A stretch of 63,143 nucleotides of DNA, filler included, from Octopus bimaculoides (lineage: Eukaryota): NCBI RefSeq assembly GCF_001194135.2. It is 5 parts of 4 records of this genome, joined end to end, with 100 filler letters (N's around TTAATTAATTAA, not from the genome) between each part and the next. Parts side by side here need not be neighbours in the genome. Positions count along the whole stretch, not along the records: positions 1 to 19,941 come from NC_069002.1; 4 more parts are not named here. The stretch is one strand, 5' to 3'. Both the position numbers and the translations under genes were made by a program. The notes beneath the pieces were generated by a model. That model was given only the letters and a program-made list of their open reading frames with translations. It ran no database searches and was not told the DNA's origin. The first letter of the stretch is position 1; every line of letters begins with the position of its first letter. This document shows, one piece after another, positions 1 to 15,862 of this stretch.

Positions 1-1155
1 ATATATATATCTAGGCAGATATAATTTTATACATTCATACATGTATATGTATATGTATGCATGTGTATGTATACGTGTCTCTGTGTGTGTTTGTATACAT
101 ACACATGCATTTACTCACATACACGCACCTATAGATATTCCTATTTAGTTTACAAATTTTTTCGTGACCTTGTCAATAATGAAATTCTTAATTTGAAACT
201 CTTTACGCCTCTGGTCTACCCACGTCATATCGTATGACAACTTATGGATGATATTTTCCTATAAAAGAGTGATGAACAGAAGCAGAAAAGAAAAAGCTAA
301 AATAAATAAAAAAAAATTCGACACATTAGAATGTATTGCGTTGCAGATATTTAATTTCGTTAGGACACATTAAAAGATAAAATAAAAGATTAAAACGAGA
401 AACTTAAGCTATAATGAAGATATCAATTAAAAATTCCACAATAATCAGAACAAAATATAACTCTTCCAAAATTTTTAACGTTTACACTATTTTTTTTAAA
501 GATTAATTTTTTTTTGTCTTCTATTTTTCCCTCAATAATATATTGTATAGTGTTGTACTTAATGTTGTTGTTGGTGTTGTTGTTGTCTTTTGTATCTCAT
601 ACTATTTTCTCCCAAGTTCTTTAGATGACATTGTGAAAATTTCTGTACAGCTTACAAAAGATGTCTGCATATTGAATGCTAATTTTTCAAGAACATTTAT
701 AAAATCAAATAAAACGTAATGAATCAAAGACATGGTGAAGTAAAATATTCAAGATTACTCTATGATAATACATCCATTTTACAAATTCCGTTTTTTTCCC
801 CAAATAGTCAGTTTATGTTTTCTTGTTTTTTTATGACTGTTTATATTTTTAATTTATCAATTCTTGTGTTGAACTTCACATATCGATAGGAATTAACCTT
901 CACGGATAGAACGAAGAATTACAACGTGATTTGTCTAAAGAAAATTATAAACGGAAACCATCTATACACATATATGTATATATATATATATATATNNNNN
1001 NNNNNNNNNNNNNNNNNNNNNNNNNNNNNNNNNNNNNNNNNNNNNNNNNNNNNNNNNNNNNNNNNNNNNNNNNNNNNNNNNNNNNNNNNNNNNNNNNNNN
1101 NNNNNNNNNNNNNNNNNNNNNNNNNNNNNNNNNNNNNNNNNNNNNNNNNNNNNNN

Positions 1156-1293
1156 AAGAAGAAAAAGAAGAAGAAGAAGAAGAAGAAGAAGAAGAAGAAG
1201 AAGAAAAAGAAAAGAAAAAGAAAAAGAAAAAGAAGAAGAAGAAGAAGAAGAAGAAGAAGAAGAAGAAGAAGAAGAAGAAGAAGAAGAAGAAGA
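1156..1293. repeat. (GAA)n microsatellite
   Basis: Direct reading; flanks an N gap. Confidence 0.95.
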
Positions 1294-2458
1294 TGTAGCT
1301 GTACTTGTCTATGTTTAAATAAACGCTACTCACTGGTTTTAGGTATTTCTCACGCATTTTGGACGGAATTGTTTTCATAATAACCATAAGCGAATGAAAC
1401 AATGAACAACAACTTCAACAACAAAATTTACCCAAGAAATAACCACCTTGGGGTCCGATTGGAATTGCCCTTCTATTTATTTTAATTCACTTTAATCAAA
1501 TCATTCTTTCGCATTTCTTACTTTTATTTTACTGCTAAATTTTATCTTTCCGTTGCTTATCTGTCTTGTAATTCTACCGCTTTGTATACTGACGAAAATC
1601 TTTCGCCTTCTTCACATTCTTTTCTTCTAATTTTTATGTCAGAAACTCAACTCAAGAAGGAATAGTGTTCCTATCTTTACAGAGAAGACAAATCGTAAAC
1701 GCCTGTAGAGAAATGGGGGAAAGGTGTGAAATCTATAATATACGCCCACTCATATTTTTTATGTCATAATATAGCATCAAGCAGCTACAACAATTATACG
1801 CAAAATAAGTATTGAAATAATGACGTCAAGTATATATATCATCATCTGAAACATAGATAGAGGTACAAAATCTCATTCAAATCATGTTTAGACTTAGACA
1901 CATACATGATGAGACACAAAGACGGGTGCAGTGCATCTCCTAAAAAAAGAAGACCAGATTCTTCGTAGAAGCAATCATCTTTATTATAGATCGTAAAAAT
2001 TATGGTTGCTTTCAGATATGCTTCATTGTGATGTTACGCGTTGAAAATTTGATTTTTGTACGACATATAGAGTATCTCCTAATTTCTGATCCCATAAATT
2101 CAGTGATGTTGAAAGGGGCACTAGGTTTATGTTGATAACTTCCGTACAGGGTGTATATAATCATCTTCTTACAAAACTCTAGTCTGTACATATACAATTC
2201 GACCAATGAAGTAGAAAAATATAATCAATATATATTTAGTGATACCACTACGTTAAAAATAATTATACCTGACGTTAATAAGCTATAAATATGTCTGGCA
2301 AGAACGGTGCCTGTTTATGGAGGTATGTGCAGTTCATACATATATCTATATCAAGATCTGTTTCTTCGTCAACATATAGATATGTATGCATGTATGTATA
2401 TATGTACATATGGTTGGATGTATGCATTTGTATGTATATATATATATATATGTATAAG

Positions 2459-2501
<43 letters not shown>

Positions 2502-3114
2502 GCATTTATGTTTCCGTGTCTGTGTGACTATAAGTGAATGTGACTATGTGTGTGTGTGTTTAAAAATGTGCCTTCGTTATTCCCAGTCGTTTATAAGTAG
2601 AGTAATATACAGGAGACAAAGTAGGTAATAAACGCAAATTTCCACGTAACTAAGCAATAAAACCCCTCGCATGACGTAATCAAGTAATTGCGTGTGTATG
2701 TACACGTGCTCGCACATAGAGGTTTATATGCACAGATACGCACACACACACAGAAACATATAAATATACATATACTATTATTCCCTTTCACTCTGACCTA
2801 CATTTTTCACTGTTCCTTCTCATATTTTGGCAACCACAAAACCATCACACAAAATTCTATACGCATTAAAAACACACATACATAACTATAAATGCATTGT
2901 TAAATATATGTATATGTGTGTGTGCATGTGTGTATGTGTGTGTAATCTTTTTTGTCTATATAAGTGTATATATATATCTGTGGTGTGTATATACATATGT
3001 GTGGTGGGGGGGGGTATATCTTCGCCGATGTATATCTCTCTCTGTCTCTTACCTGATATATATATATAAATTAATAAATAAACTGACACACAAATTGATG
3101 CATTGGTTGTAAAA

Positions 3115-3287
<173 letters not shown>

Positions 3288-4146
3288 NNNNNNNNNNNNN
3301 NNNNNNNNNNNNNNNNNNNNNNNNNNNNNNNNNNNNNNNNNNNNNNNNNNNNNNNNNNNNNNNNNNNNNNNNNNNNNNNNNNNNNNNNNNNNNNNNNNNN
3401 NNNNNNNNNNNNNNNNNNNNNNNNNNNNNNNNNNNNNNNNNNNNNNNNNNNNNNNNNNNNNNNNNNNNNNNNNNNNNNNNNNNNNNNNNNNNNNNNNNNN
3501 NNNNNNNNNNNNNNNNNNNNNNNNNNNNNNNNNNNNNNNNNNNNNNNNNNNNNNNNNNNNNNNNNNNNNNNNNNNNNNNNNNNNNNNNNNNNNNNNNNNN
3601 NNNNNNNNNNNNNNNNNNNNNNNNNNNNNNNNNNNNNNNNNNNNNNNNNNNNNNNNNNNNNNNNNNNNNNNNNNNNNNNNNNNNNNNNNNNNNNNNNNNN
3701 NNNNNNNNNNNNNNNNNNNNNNNNNNNNNNNNNNNNNNNNNNNNNNNNNNNNNNNNNNNNNNNNNNNNNNNNNNNNNNNNNNNNNNNNNNNNNNNNNNNN
3801 NNNNNNNNNNNNNNNNNNNNNNNNNNNNNNNNNNNNNNNNNNNNNNNNNNNNNNNNNNNNNNNNNNNNNNNNNNNNNNNNNNNNNNNNNNNNNNNNNNNN
3901 NNNNNNNNNNNTATATATACATATATGTATTCTTCACATTATTAATTGTTTTGCGCATTTGCCTTGCCCCAGTTTAATGTATGTGTTCACGCTAGGAATT
4001 TTCGGGTTTTAATCGTTCGGTACAAAATGTTTTGCATGAATGTCCGGAGCCCGTGAGACTAATAAATGAACGATAACCCGTTTCCTGCTCATCATGCTCA
4101 TTGTCGCTATCATCATTTTATCATCATCATCATCATCATCATCATC

Positions 4147-4179
<33 letters not shown>

Positions 4180-4599
4180 TTCATTATTCTTGCGTCATTA
4201 CTCCAATACCTATTACACTGTTGATAACAGCAGATATTTTAATCTCTTTCCATACGACACCAATAATCTTTACTGTGTGGTGACATCAATGTCACCGGCC
4301 TACCATAAATGGCTTTATCGATCTTGTAGAACGTGGAAACTATGCAGTATACAATAGCATAAGAGAGACGTGTATTTTATTTTTTATTCAATTGCGACAT
4401 TCAGAATGTTTGAGAAGAATCGATGAAGGTTTTATTCTATTTTATTCATTTATTTATTTTGTTAGGCAAATATATGTAGGTGGATTCAGGTATTGGGTTT
4501 TCTTTTGTGAGTTCAGATCCCGCCAATACAGATTTGTTTTGCTCACTTTCTTTAGCCCGTTTAAGAAATTAATCTTTGAAATATTACTGACAGGATTTG

Positions 4600-4925
4600 C
4601 TGTGAAGTAAGACAGTTATTTAGCAACCACATATTTTATGTTCGGTGCCACTCTGTGACACCTTGAGCAAGTACAAGTACGTTCTGCTATAGCTCCAGGC
4701 CAACAAAAACATTTTGAGTGTATTTGGTAGACGGAAACTGAGATCGATTCCTTCTACTGAAATAGTTTAAGGTGGTGTTCCAGCATGGTCACATTCATAT
4801 GATTGAAACGAATGTATACATATATTTGTGGCTGTCTGGTAAGAATCTTGCTTCCTAAGCACACGTTTCTGGGTTCAGTCTCACCACATGGCACCTTGGA
4901 CAAATGTCTTCTACTATAGCCTAAC
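4600..4925 (+). mobile_element. Two degraded SINE family A fragments
   Basis: accttgagcaagt...ggtagacggaaactg...ccagcatggtcaca and gtggctgtctggtaagaatcttgcttcc...ggcaccttggacaaatgtcttctactatagcc. Confidence 0.6.
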
Positions 4926-5906
4926 GATTGAAATTACGAAACGAATAACAAAGCTAAGAAAATCAGGATTTAAAATTCTTATTGTGTTTTATTATTGTTG
5001 CTTCAGTTGATGGTGTTATTGTTGTCTTTTTTAAATACAGATTAGGTCTGATCGAGCAGATATATATTTAAATATATTCATCAGTAACCACTTTTTCCTT
5101 TCACCGGCACAAAGTATCAACGCCTCCTTTACGACTCGTTCCAACATCAGAATGTATGCTAAACTGACAAAATGTGATCTTCAGGAAGATTTACCTCCCT
5201 TTTCTCTTATAGTAAACGTTTGCGTAAAACAAAAACAAACAAAAAACGTGTACACTTACTCTATTTTAAAGAGTAATAGAAACAAAGAAGTTGACAACGT
5301 GAGGTGGGGGGGGGGTTGACGTTAGCTGTAGAAAGATAATTTCCACAGTGACCAAGTAAGGTGATATTAATACGCTTTAAAACAAAATGTCACACATTCA
5401 GCTGTAAAATAACATTTTGCGCTGACATTGGAAATCAATAAATATTTTATCGTATCTTTATGACATAATTGGTAGTTTATGAAAATACGTTCTATCGATT
5501 CAAGCCAACGAGAAAATGAATTTCAACATCTCAGTTTCTCTACTCTATGAGGCCTTACACATATTAAAATAACAAAAACGCGTTCGATCACACAGCAGTT
5601 TATATAATATGTCTGAAAAGATCACAGTTTTATATAACGTTGTGTTAGCAGTTCATTCTTTTATTCTACCCGTTTCGTTCATTCGACTGCAGCCATGCGG
5701 GGGTATCAACGTTTAGTCCCCAAAATTGACCCCAGGACTTATTTTTTCTAAGCCTAGTACTTATTCTATCGGTTTCTTTAGAAAACCATGGCTCAGTGGT
5801 TAGAGCGTCGAACTTACGATCGTGAGTTTGTGAGTTCGATTAACGGACCGGGCGACATAAAAGCTCTTAAATGGACGTTATGGAATTTTTACCCGTATTA
5901 TACTAT

Positions 5907-5956
<50 letters not shown>

Positions 5957-7836
5957 ACATATATATAATCTCTGATGCAATCTCGATTGTAAACAGAAAT
6001 AAGGAAATAGGGTCACATTTGGTTCAACTTCAATCATAACACTGACTGCACCACCTTTAAGAATACCGATTCCTAAATCCAAAACTTGTGCAATTAAATT
6101 GAAATAGGTTTGCAATTTTAACGCTGCTGTGAGTTACATTTATCCATGGCTTATGTAGTTTACTACCATGATGTAAATTCTTGCAGCAATGTGGACTCAG
6201 GCGTCTAAAATTATAAAAGAGTGTTTAAAGAACGTTTCATTGCAACGTAAATTAAATTTCCCGTCAATTTTCTCTACGTATCTTACTCGCCAGTATCCAT
6301 TTTCTTCGAAATATAACGTCAAGAAATTCCAATGAATATATTTGCCAAAATATTGCTAACATAATATCCACAGTTTAATACTTAACTTATGAATATTAGA
6401 AGGATATCCCAAACATCCTTCGAATATTCCTTTTATATATTTGGACATACTGAGTCCTATCAACACAAGTCTACATCTGGAACCACTTAGTACAGTTTGC
6501 AGATGTGACATTCTGGATTTCAATAATGATTTTTTTTATATTGACACAATTCTATGAAGTTTTACAAGGGGTGGGTAGACTCTATTTCATTGACCCCCAA
6601 CTAAACAAAGACACAGAACCTTCAGACATTCTGCTGGTTGTGTTAACTTTCCTTGGAATAGTGATAGTGCCGTTAATAATGAGAACAATGAAGATGATGA
6701 TAATGAGAATTCAGCTACTCTTGATGATAAAAGAGAATAACAAATACAATTATATTTTAATTTGCACATCCGACTTAACTTGAATGTTAAGTTAAGAACA
6801 CAACAGACTGAGGTAATTATCTTCAGAAATCATTTAAAATGGATTTTAGGTGCTAAAAAAGCACAGATTTGATCAGTTAATGAAATTACCTTTGTTTTTG
6901 TTTGGGAGGGGGGTGATTTTAGTCTTCCTATTTATTCTCGGAATCTCTCGTTCAGGGTACTTATGATCAAATATATTTTAGCCATGCATAATCCCGTCAA
7001 AACATTCGAACTAAAATACGTTACATGTATTGTATTCTTAAGGACGTTTAGGTGGTCAGTTAAACGATGTTGGGGAGTATTTTCAATGAAACCAAAGTGA
7101 TTGCTTAACGGCTCACATTGCTTGTTTGTTTTTATTTTCTTGTTGCGTGTATTTATTTTTCAACAGATGCAATATTATAGGTATGCCATTCGTGAGCATC
7201 CCGGATTCTCTCATAAGTTATTTTTAAAGCGAAGACCTGGTTAATCAAAGACTTTTAGCTGCCTTAGAAACGAAGAAAGAATTGTTATTTGGGTGATCTC
7301 GTAATTCTACTCAGCACGATCGCCGTCTTGTGGCGACACGATCATTGCTACGTTGTCTTCAATTCTATGCCTGTGGTGTATATAGGTCATAACGAAGATA
7401 GAAATCTCACCGATTTATTTATTTAAAATCTACAGAAGTCTGGAAAACAAAGGTTGCGTACTAACAAAACTACAGGAGGTTCTACGAAGCGTCTGTGCAT
7501 ATCTACACACAAGCATACATTTCTTTGACGGCGTGCGTGTATGTGAAACATGTTCACATGTCATTAATACATCAATATAATTAAATTTATATAGAAATAC
7601 GGTTTAACCTCTTGTTTTCTTTTTTAGTCGATATATTTTCGTTTGCAAATGTATGTGCACACATACCAACATATAACACGCGTAGCATGTGTGTATATGC
7701 GTGTATGTATTTCAGCATTACATATACTAACATGTATATATCTGTGTGTACATGTGTTTGAATGTGTATGTGTATTAATATATACATGTATATACCTACG
7801 TATTTATATATAGATAGATATACATATATAGCAACA

Positions 7837-7868
<32 letters not shown>

Positions 7869-9289
7869 NNNNNNNNNNNNNNNNNNNNNNNNNNNNNNNN
7901 NNNNNNNNNNNNNNNNNNNNNNNNNNNNNNNNNNNNNNNNNNNNNNNNNNNNNNNNNNNNNNNNNNNNNNNNNNNNNNNNNNNNNNNNNNNNNNNNNNNN
8001 NNNNNNNNNNNNNNNNNNNNNNNNNNNNNNNNNNNNNNNNNNNNNNNNNNNNNNNNNNNNNNNNNNNNATATATATATATATATATATATACCAGACTTG
8101 CATTCATTTTATTTTTGGCCTGAGGCAACCAGATAAATCTATAGTCGGATTTTGCATCTTAGCAAGGTAAAATTTAGATTACTTGTCACACGAAACCACA
8201 GACACATTAAACAGTAAAACATTATATATACACTCACTCACAGGCACACACACACATACACGTGTACACTCAAACATACAGACACACGCATATACACACA
8301 TATGCAGAGAGGGACAGAGAGAATGGCAGAGAGAAAGAGATGAGTTAGAGAAACAATTTTAGAATGTGAGATACCGAGAACAATGGCTCTTTTATAGTTA
8401 CTAGTGCAAGGAGCGTAATAATAAGGCAAGTAAGGAAGAAAACTCAACGAATTCAAACTTATTATTTGAGAGTACTTTTTATGAAGAGTCAAAAGGAGAA
8501 ACAATTATAAAAAATATTCCATAATATTACTTTGATTTATTTATTGTTTTCAATATATACAAACATTTGTTCCAGCGTGTATGTAGAAATAAGCTCATAC
8601 ACACATACAGACGACATGTTTATGTAAGTATGTATGCATTTATGTGTACTTGCAGATATGTATACAATATGAATATTTTTATGTATATGAGGCAATATTT
8701 AAATCTTACACAATGGGGACGTATTGTTAGAACAGCATATACTGCGGTATTCAGAAACGTGAAAGGCGACCAATCGAATTTCTAATAAGTATTGTGGATG
8801 TGCTCATCAAGTATGTTTACGTCACAGTAATATTTGTAACATTGAACATATTAGAATATAATTGTGAATGCACAAAGGAGTAAATTTTAAAGGGTTGTCT
8901 AACATCTGTCTTCTATGAAAATATTTTGCAATCCTGTATGCTTATGGCTCACATTCAAAACTATTCCATTATATGTTGCGAACAACTGTAGTGAACGTGG
9001 AAGAACGTAAATTAATAACAGAAATGTGATATACTTTCCAAATCTCCTATAAATGTAAAATTTATTACCAGTACTGATATTCCAATTTAAATAATTTATA
9101 TGTTAAGGTCATACAAGGTTAGATGTGTCGTTGCTGGCTGGGATCTTGCATAATTAATATTTCATAAGTTGGATCAATGAGCAACTTACTCCAACATGTG
9201 CAATTATATTGCATTGAATATAAATATTTCAGCACTATTTGTTACATGCAACTATATAAATATATATACATGCGCATACATATTTCATA

Positions 9290-9348
<59 letters not shown>

Positions 9349-10607
9349 ATGTGTGTGTGTGTGTGTNNNNNNNNNNNNNNNNNNNNNNNNNNNNNNNNNN
9401 NNNNNNNNNNNNNNNNNNNNNNNNNNNNNNNNNNNNNNNNNNNNNNNNNNNNNNNNNNNNNNNNNNNNNNNNNNNNNNNNNNNNNNNNNNNNNNNNNNNN
9501 NNNNNNNNNNNNNNNNNNNNNNNNNNNNNNNNNNNNNNNNNNNNNNNNNNNNNNNNNNNNNNNNNNNNNNNNNNNNNNNNNNNNNNNNNNNNNNNNNNNN
9601 NNNNNNNNNNNNNNNNNNNNNNNNNNNNNNNNNNNNNNNNNNNNNNNNNNNNNNNNNNNNNNNNNNNNNNNNNNNNNNNNNNNNNNNNNNNNNNNNNNNN
9701 NNNNNNNNNNNNNNNNNNNNNNNNNNNNNNNNNNNNNNNNNNNNNNNNNNNNNNATATATATATATATATATACACGCGTATGTATATATATACACACAT
9801 ATAAATATGTATATATATGCGCGTACGTGTGTGGTTCTACTTTTTCAGTGATCCGAATAATCCTTGAAGCTATTATGTCAACAACTTCTTTCGTTACCCC
9901 CGTAACCTCTACTATCGTATAAATGTTCAATTATACGTGTCAAGTTATCGTATATTCAAGATTAAAAAATACATAAAAAATCTCACCTATTTTGTAAGAA
10001 AAATAGACTGGCGAATCACAGATCACAGGAATAAAAATGTCTTTTCTCAATATTTTTGTTAAGTTATTATTGTTATATTTATATTCTTATTTCAGAATGA
10101 AATTACATATTTGCTATCCATAAGAAAGTTCTAAACATTCTTTGTATATGCTCAAATTTTATTGATAGTATAGCGTCATGTTTTACAAATTCAGTTCCCA
10201 ACAGAAATCGACAAGGAATACACACCAGCATTACTGTATCGTTTTCATAAACATTGGCCTATCCACAATTGCTAGGCGCATGTTTGATAAATAACAATGC
10301 CTATATTGTATATTTGTATTCATCTGGAGACGAAGTATTTACTTTTTTGTTCTCATATTTCTAATGTCCCAGAAGTACCAATGACACTTATTGCAATATT
10401 TCAGTTTAGCACTTCTTAGAAGTGCTGCTATTCATTATTGCGTAGGAGGAAAATGAATTCAAATTATCGTGGCAGTCTCAATGACAATTCGAGATACGTT
10501 TCAATCGAATTTGCACCACATTTTTGGAAAGTCCACAAAATGCTACCAGCTGTCATATTAAACATAATAATACAGCCTTCGCCAAAGAATATCGGTTCGA
10601 CTGCAGA

Positions 10608-10658
<51 letters not shown>

Positions 10659-13600
10659 ACGAAATATGCCAATATTTAACGACATTATGCAGATACCGCT
10701 AAATATATGCAGATAACGCCAACATGTCCTTCACCCATATAATATGGTAATCGCAATTGGTCAATTGTTCATAGTACTCATATTTCAAAGTTAATTAGTG
10801 ACTGAAGGTATAAACTCGACATTCATCGCAACACAATTCGATGTCGAGAAATAATACAATACCTCCGTTCTTTTATTTCTTAGAATCTAATTATTGCAGA
10901 TATGGATAATAAATTTGTAGATATATAATATTCCACGGACGTTTGCAGACTTCAATTATAGTCAGCTCACGTGGCACAAAATGACAGCTTTAAAGTGAAG
11001 TGTAATGCTTTATAATGTGGAGGGCAATATATACTACCAACACAAGAAGAACTCTGTATAAATTTTAATATATATATTGCCCTTTACGGGCAACTGTTTA
11101 AGTATTCATGTGACGGACGCTGGTGGAATACCTTTGATCAAAGTCCGGCTCAATCAGAACTGACCTGGCTCTAAACAATATTAATAACAACAATATTTAC
11201 AACGGCAACAGTGAAACACGGTTTTTTATTATAGCCTTACAACACCTGAGTTATTTAAAAGACCTTTAAAATATTCAAATCTTAGCCATTGCTAGAATTG
11301 CTTTGGTCAAACCTGTGTGCGACCGAGGCTGATATGAGATTACAAAAAAAAATGACCTACTATATATGTTGACCAAATTCCGTGTCACACTATTACTAAT
11401 TAGTCAATGTTATTCTCGTTATACGGTAATTTGATGTATCTCTTTGCATTTATATTTCATCACGTATATCCCAAATCTTGTGTGCCTTCCTTCTTTGATA
11501 GATAGAGGTCATTTTAGCCCTGACCTTCTGTACAAAAGCCATTGAAATTACAGTCAATTATAGAACTATATATATTGATTATATTGATCACAATATATGT
11601 TATATCGCTCCTAATCTACATTTTTTATCGATTTCAATAGATTACTTTTTAATTATTAACACAGAATAAATGAACATAAAGTTAGTCTGGGCGGAATGTG
11701 AACAGAAAGCAATTTTTATGCATCAACGGGTATTTTTTTTTAAGGTCAAAACACATGATATGTGCCGGGTAATTATGCATGCTTAAGAGTGAACATGGGT
11801 ACATATATGCAAAGTTAAGGGGTTGGTATTGAATCAGGTTACGCTTTAAACTCACCCAACAACAAAATAATTGTAACACACAAAATTTAGATACAGAACA
11901 TCAACGGAGTCTTATTACTGCAGATTTCGTGAGATGTCTAATCGACGGAAGAAGTCTTCCCGACGGAAATATTTCCATAGTTGTTCCGCGTGGCAAACGT
12001 ATATCCGACATTATCCGACACATAAATTCGTAATTTCTCAAAATAACCCTCTATTAAATTTCAATGAAACTACCCACTGGCGTCAGGTTTCTAATTTGAG
12101 AATTGACCATATAGATAACTAAACGGTCAAGGGGAGGTAATTAATCAGAAATCGATGGTAGATTGAGCATAGCAAATATATAAATCTGACTAGATGGAAA
12201 ATGTGGATATTATATATTCTTACAGAGGTATGAAGTAAAAAAAAATACTATATTAAATAATAAGTTAAATAATAATAGGCTAAGTGGATTTATAAGTAAA
12301 ATATTAATGCATTCTACCAAAAACAGGAAGAAAGAAAGAATAAAATATTTAATTAATAAAACGCTAGAAGAATAGTGGGGATAATATTTAATTTGATGGC
12401 GGGGAGGTATAAGTAAAAAAAGCTGTAATCATAGTTTAAATATATATAGGTGGAGATAGGACGAAATATAGTTTAAATGTAAAGCAAATTAGTCAAATAA
12501 TGAAAAAGTTAGCTGTAATAATTTAGTTATGAATAGACAAATCCACATTATAATTAATTAATACAATAACAGAACAATAAAGTTAAATAATTATGAGATA
12601 GGTACAAGCTATACAGTAAATATAGTATGTGTGCAAAATAAATATCGAGTTTATAATAATATATAATTATTAACTTAAAAAGCCAAGGTATATAAAATAA
12701 GAGAGGGTAAAGTACAAATACTAATATAATTAAATGTATATACTCGGTAAGAAATATAAAATAATGGGGGAATCATAAGGGTTAAAAAGGATGGAGTGAG
12801 AGAGAAAGGGGTTAATAGAATATTAAACAATGTTTAAAAAATTTTTTTAAACATTTTTAACTATTTCGATTTTTTTAACTATTTCGATATTACTAATAAA
12901 TGATATTGCCTGAATGTCTTCTACCTTAACTCTACATTAGTAACTATACACATTTGAATTAAACTCTACATACTAAGTTTATACTCATATTTCTATTGCC
13001 GCTGTTCGTTTTGGCGTAAAGTGTAATTGTTTAATTTTCTGTCAAAGACGTTCGAGCTGGTACTCTCCTGCTTTGCTCCCGTTAATAATTCACCCGTTTT
13101 AAAAACCGTTAGCTATAGCACTATAGCTGTCCATAATGCTGTTTGTGTCATACCATATAATCACGTGTCGTATACTAAGCGTATAAAAATGTACAATAGT
13201 TCATTGCTATACTCCTAGACAATGAATAAATTGTTAGCCAGCACTCAATACAAAGCTACATAACTCAAGAAAGTATTTGCACAATCTTTGGAACCGGTAG
13301 CTACACTTGCAACTAAATCTCCCGTACCTTCACATGAAGAAGACGTCATTCGATCATGTGGTCTGAGATGCACAACGTATGAAAATATGATAGCACAAGC
13401 ATGTCTGTTAATCTACCGAGATTAAGTCTGTTTAATCACAGCAGACCTGGAGCTAGAAGAAAAACATCAAAGAAACGGAAAATTCTGCTGAACAAGAGAA
13501 AAACTTCTTGGCAACAGTCCGCTTGCTAGAAATAGCAGTGAATTACTCATCAAACCAGAGATTACACTTTACCTACTGTTATACTGTATAAGCACTCGCA

Positions 13601-14319
13601 CAGGTGCGCGCAAAATTAAAAAATGAACAGGAGTGAATGACATGGTCGGAGCGCCTTTCGTCTAAGTTTGCTTTTATAGGGTTGACCTTCGTTTGAACAA
13701 CCAAGACAGTAATAATATCACAGTGTAGCCATGGATAGAAACTTCCATCCGGTTTGTAAACCTGCAAGAAATAACAGCCAAATTACCGTCGCATCATATG
13801 CTACTGTTTTTATAGAAACAAAAATAAATGACACTTTGGATGATGTATTATTTAGCATACGCAAGAGACAAGAGGGTTTTGGATGGAACATTTCTTTTTT
13901 TTTATCATAGAACAGCTCTATCGACGCTGACGCATGCACAGAACTGACGAACAACAACAATAAAAATAATGATGCAGCATTAAATAAAAAAGAAAAATAA
14001 GCAACTGCAATAGCTGCAACAAGAACAACAGAGGTCCTTAACAAATTCTAGCTGTGACAGAAACTACTACGATATTTTTGTTGTTATTTATTTCTAGCCT
14101 TTGTAATACCAGAATTTGTCAAAAGCTCACTTATGTAAAATGAGTATTTGCTTATTTAGAGTAAGTATTTGTGAAAACCGAATGTACTTATTCAGTGGCA
14201 CAATATTCTCAATAGAATCGAAACAATAATTTATGGATGCCACTAGAAATATTTCAAAAGCTTTCACGAATTCTGAAAGAATTCCTGAGTGAATAATATA
14301 TGTGTGTTCTCACTGAAAA

Positions 14320-14990
14320 TTACCAACGTTGGCACCTCTCTTTCTCTCGTCATATCTCTGTCTTTTATTTTCTATATTTCCCTCATTCTCTCTTTGCTTC
14401 TTCTAAACTTTTCTATATTTTCCTTTCTTCCATACGCTCTATCTTTTCTCAATGCACTTTCACTCTTCCTCTCTCTCCCTCTCCCTACCACTCTTTCTCT
14501 CTCTCTCTCTGTCTCCTCTCTGTGTCTCATTATCTCTGTCTCTGAACTTATTTCTCTATTTTGCTAACATGCTTCTAACTAATTTTCTCTATATTCCTCT
14601 GTATTTCTCCCTTTGTTACAAGGTCTCTATCTTTCTTATTCTTTTATCGCTATCTCATTCCGTGTTTGTCTCTCATTCTCTGTTTATCACACACTCACCC
14701 CCCCTCTCTCTCTCTCTCCCTCTTATAATTTATCATATTTTTCTCACTCATTCACGTTCTCCCATTCCTTATTTCTCTATCTATTTTATTCTCTCTTAGT
14801 CAGCATTTTTCCTCTTTCCTTTTTAACCCTTTTCTCTATATATATTTCTCTCCTTTCTTTTTTCTACCCGTATCTACTTGTTTCATTCTCTGTTCTACGA
14901 ACTCTCTCCTTGCTTCTAATCCCGCTCTCATCTCTCTTATTCAGCTCACATCTTCTCCCTATCCATCTCTATTCTATTACTAACCCGTTT
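14320..14990. repeat. Degenerate CT-rich polypyrimidine tract
   Basis: About 670 bp dominated by C/T on the + strand. Confidence 0.8.
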
Positions 14991-15466
14991 TGACATGTAT
15001 TTATTTGTGACATTAGTTACAGTGTAAACAGAAAGAAAGCTAAAACTTCTAAATCCATTCCTGCACAAATAACCTGTTGCAATCCCTGGTCTCTTAAATA
15101 ATTTATCGCAGAACACTTTATCAATCATGCAATCTGAAAGATAAAGTTAGTTAGGGAGAGAGAAGAAATCGAGAGACAAAAGTTTAACAGCGAGATGCAT
15201 CATGATAGAGAGGTATTGTTATGTAAAGAGTAAGAGGTGGAAACAAAATGGCGGAAATGTGTTGAGTGAAGTTCTTCAAATCACTGTATTATGTATAAGA
15301 GACTCTACTACTTATAGGTTTAGTATGTACAACAGTCCACTGAATTATATTTCTTCTGTCATATTCTTGGCATCCATAACCAGAGTCACAACATACTCTC
15401 TGTTTATATATAACTGTACCTATCTATCAATCTATCTATCTATCTGTGTGTCTGTCTGTCTATCTA

Positions 15467-15529
<63 letters not shown>

Positions 15530-15662
15530 TTATTTAAAATGTAACCACTTGTGAATCATTGGCGATTTTCTTTCTCCGTCTTCCATTCTTTTGGACTTTC
15601 CTCTATTTCTTCATCAGGTGTCTTCCGGAAATTTCGAACCTGGGTTCTCATTTCTAATGTAG

Positions 15663-15707
15663 TTTTCAATATTATTATTATTATCATTATTATTATCATT
15701 ATTATTA

Positions 15708-15744
<37 letters not shown>

Positions 15745-15862
15745 CATCATCATCATCATCATCATCATTATTATTATTATTCAGGTCACTGCTTGCAATC
15801 GAACTCGGAATTTTGGGGTTAGTAGCCCGCGCTCTTAACCACTATGCCATATGCCCGTGGAC
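15663..15862 (-). mobile_element. Short tRNA-derived SINE with (AAT/GAT)n tail
   Basis: ggcatatggcatagtggttaagagcgcgggctactaaccccaaaattccgagttcgattgc: A/B-box head followed by a trinucleotide tail. Confidence 0.65.

Noticed and set aside
5788-5860. tRNA-like sequences (also SINE heads at 40183, 45736, 49124)
   Set aside because: A/B boxes are present but there is no complete acceptor stem, and they run into SINE bodies, so they are SINE heads rather than tRNA genes.
6430-6530. TVCRCDIL (+) and SLENKGCVLTK (7430-7470, +) resembling GPS fragments
   Set aside because: Wrong strand for the gene, on a different scaffold block, and lacking the conserved Trp and His-Leu-Thr context.
13579-14044. 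ORFs 13579-13767 and 13718-14044 (minus) and a 59-codon plus-strand frame from 13731
   Set aside because: No recognisable motifs and no phase-compatible neighbouring exons.
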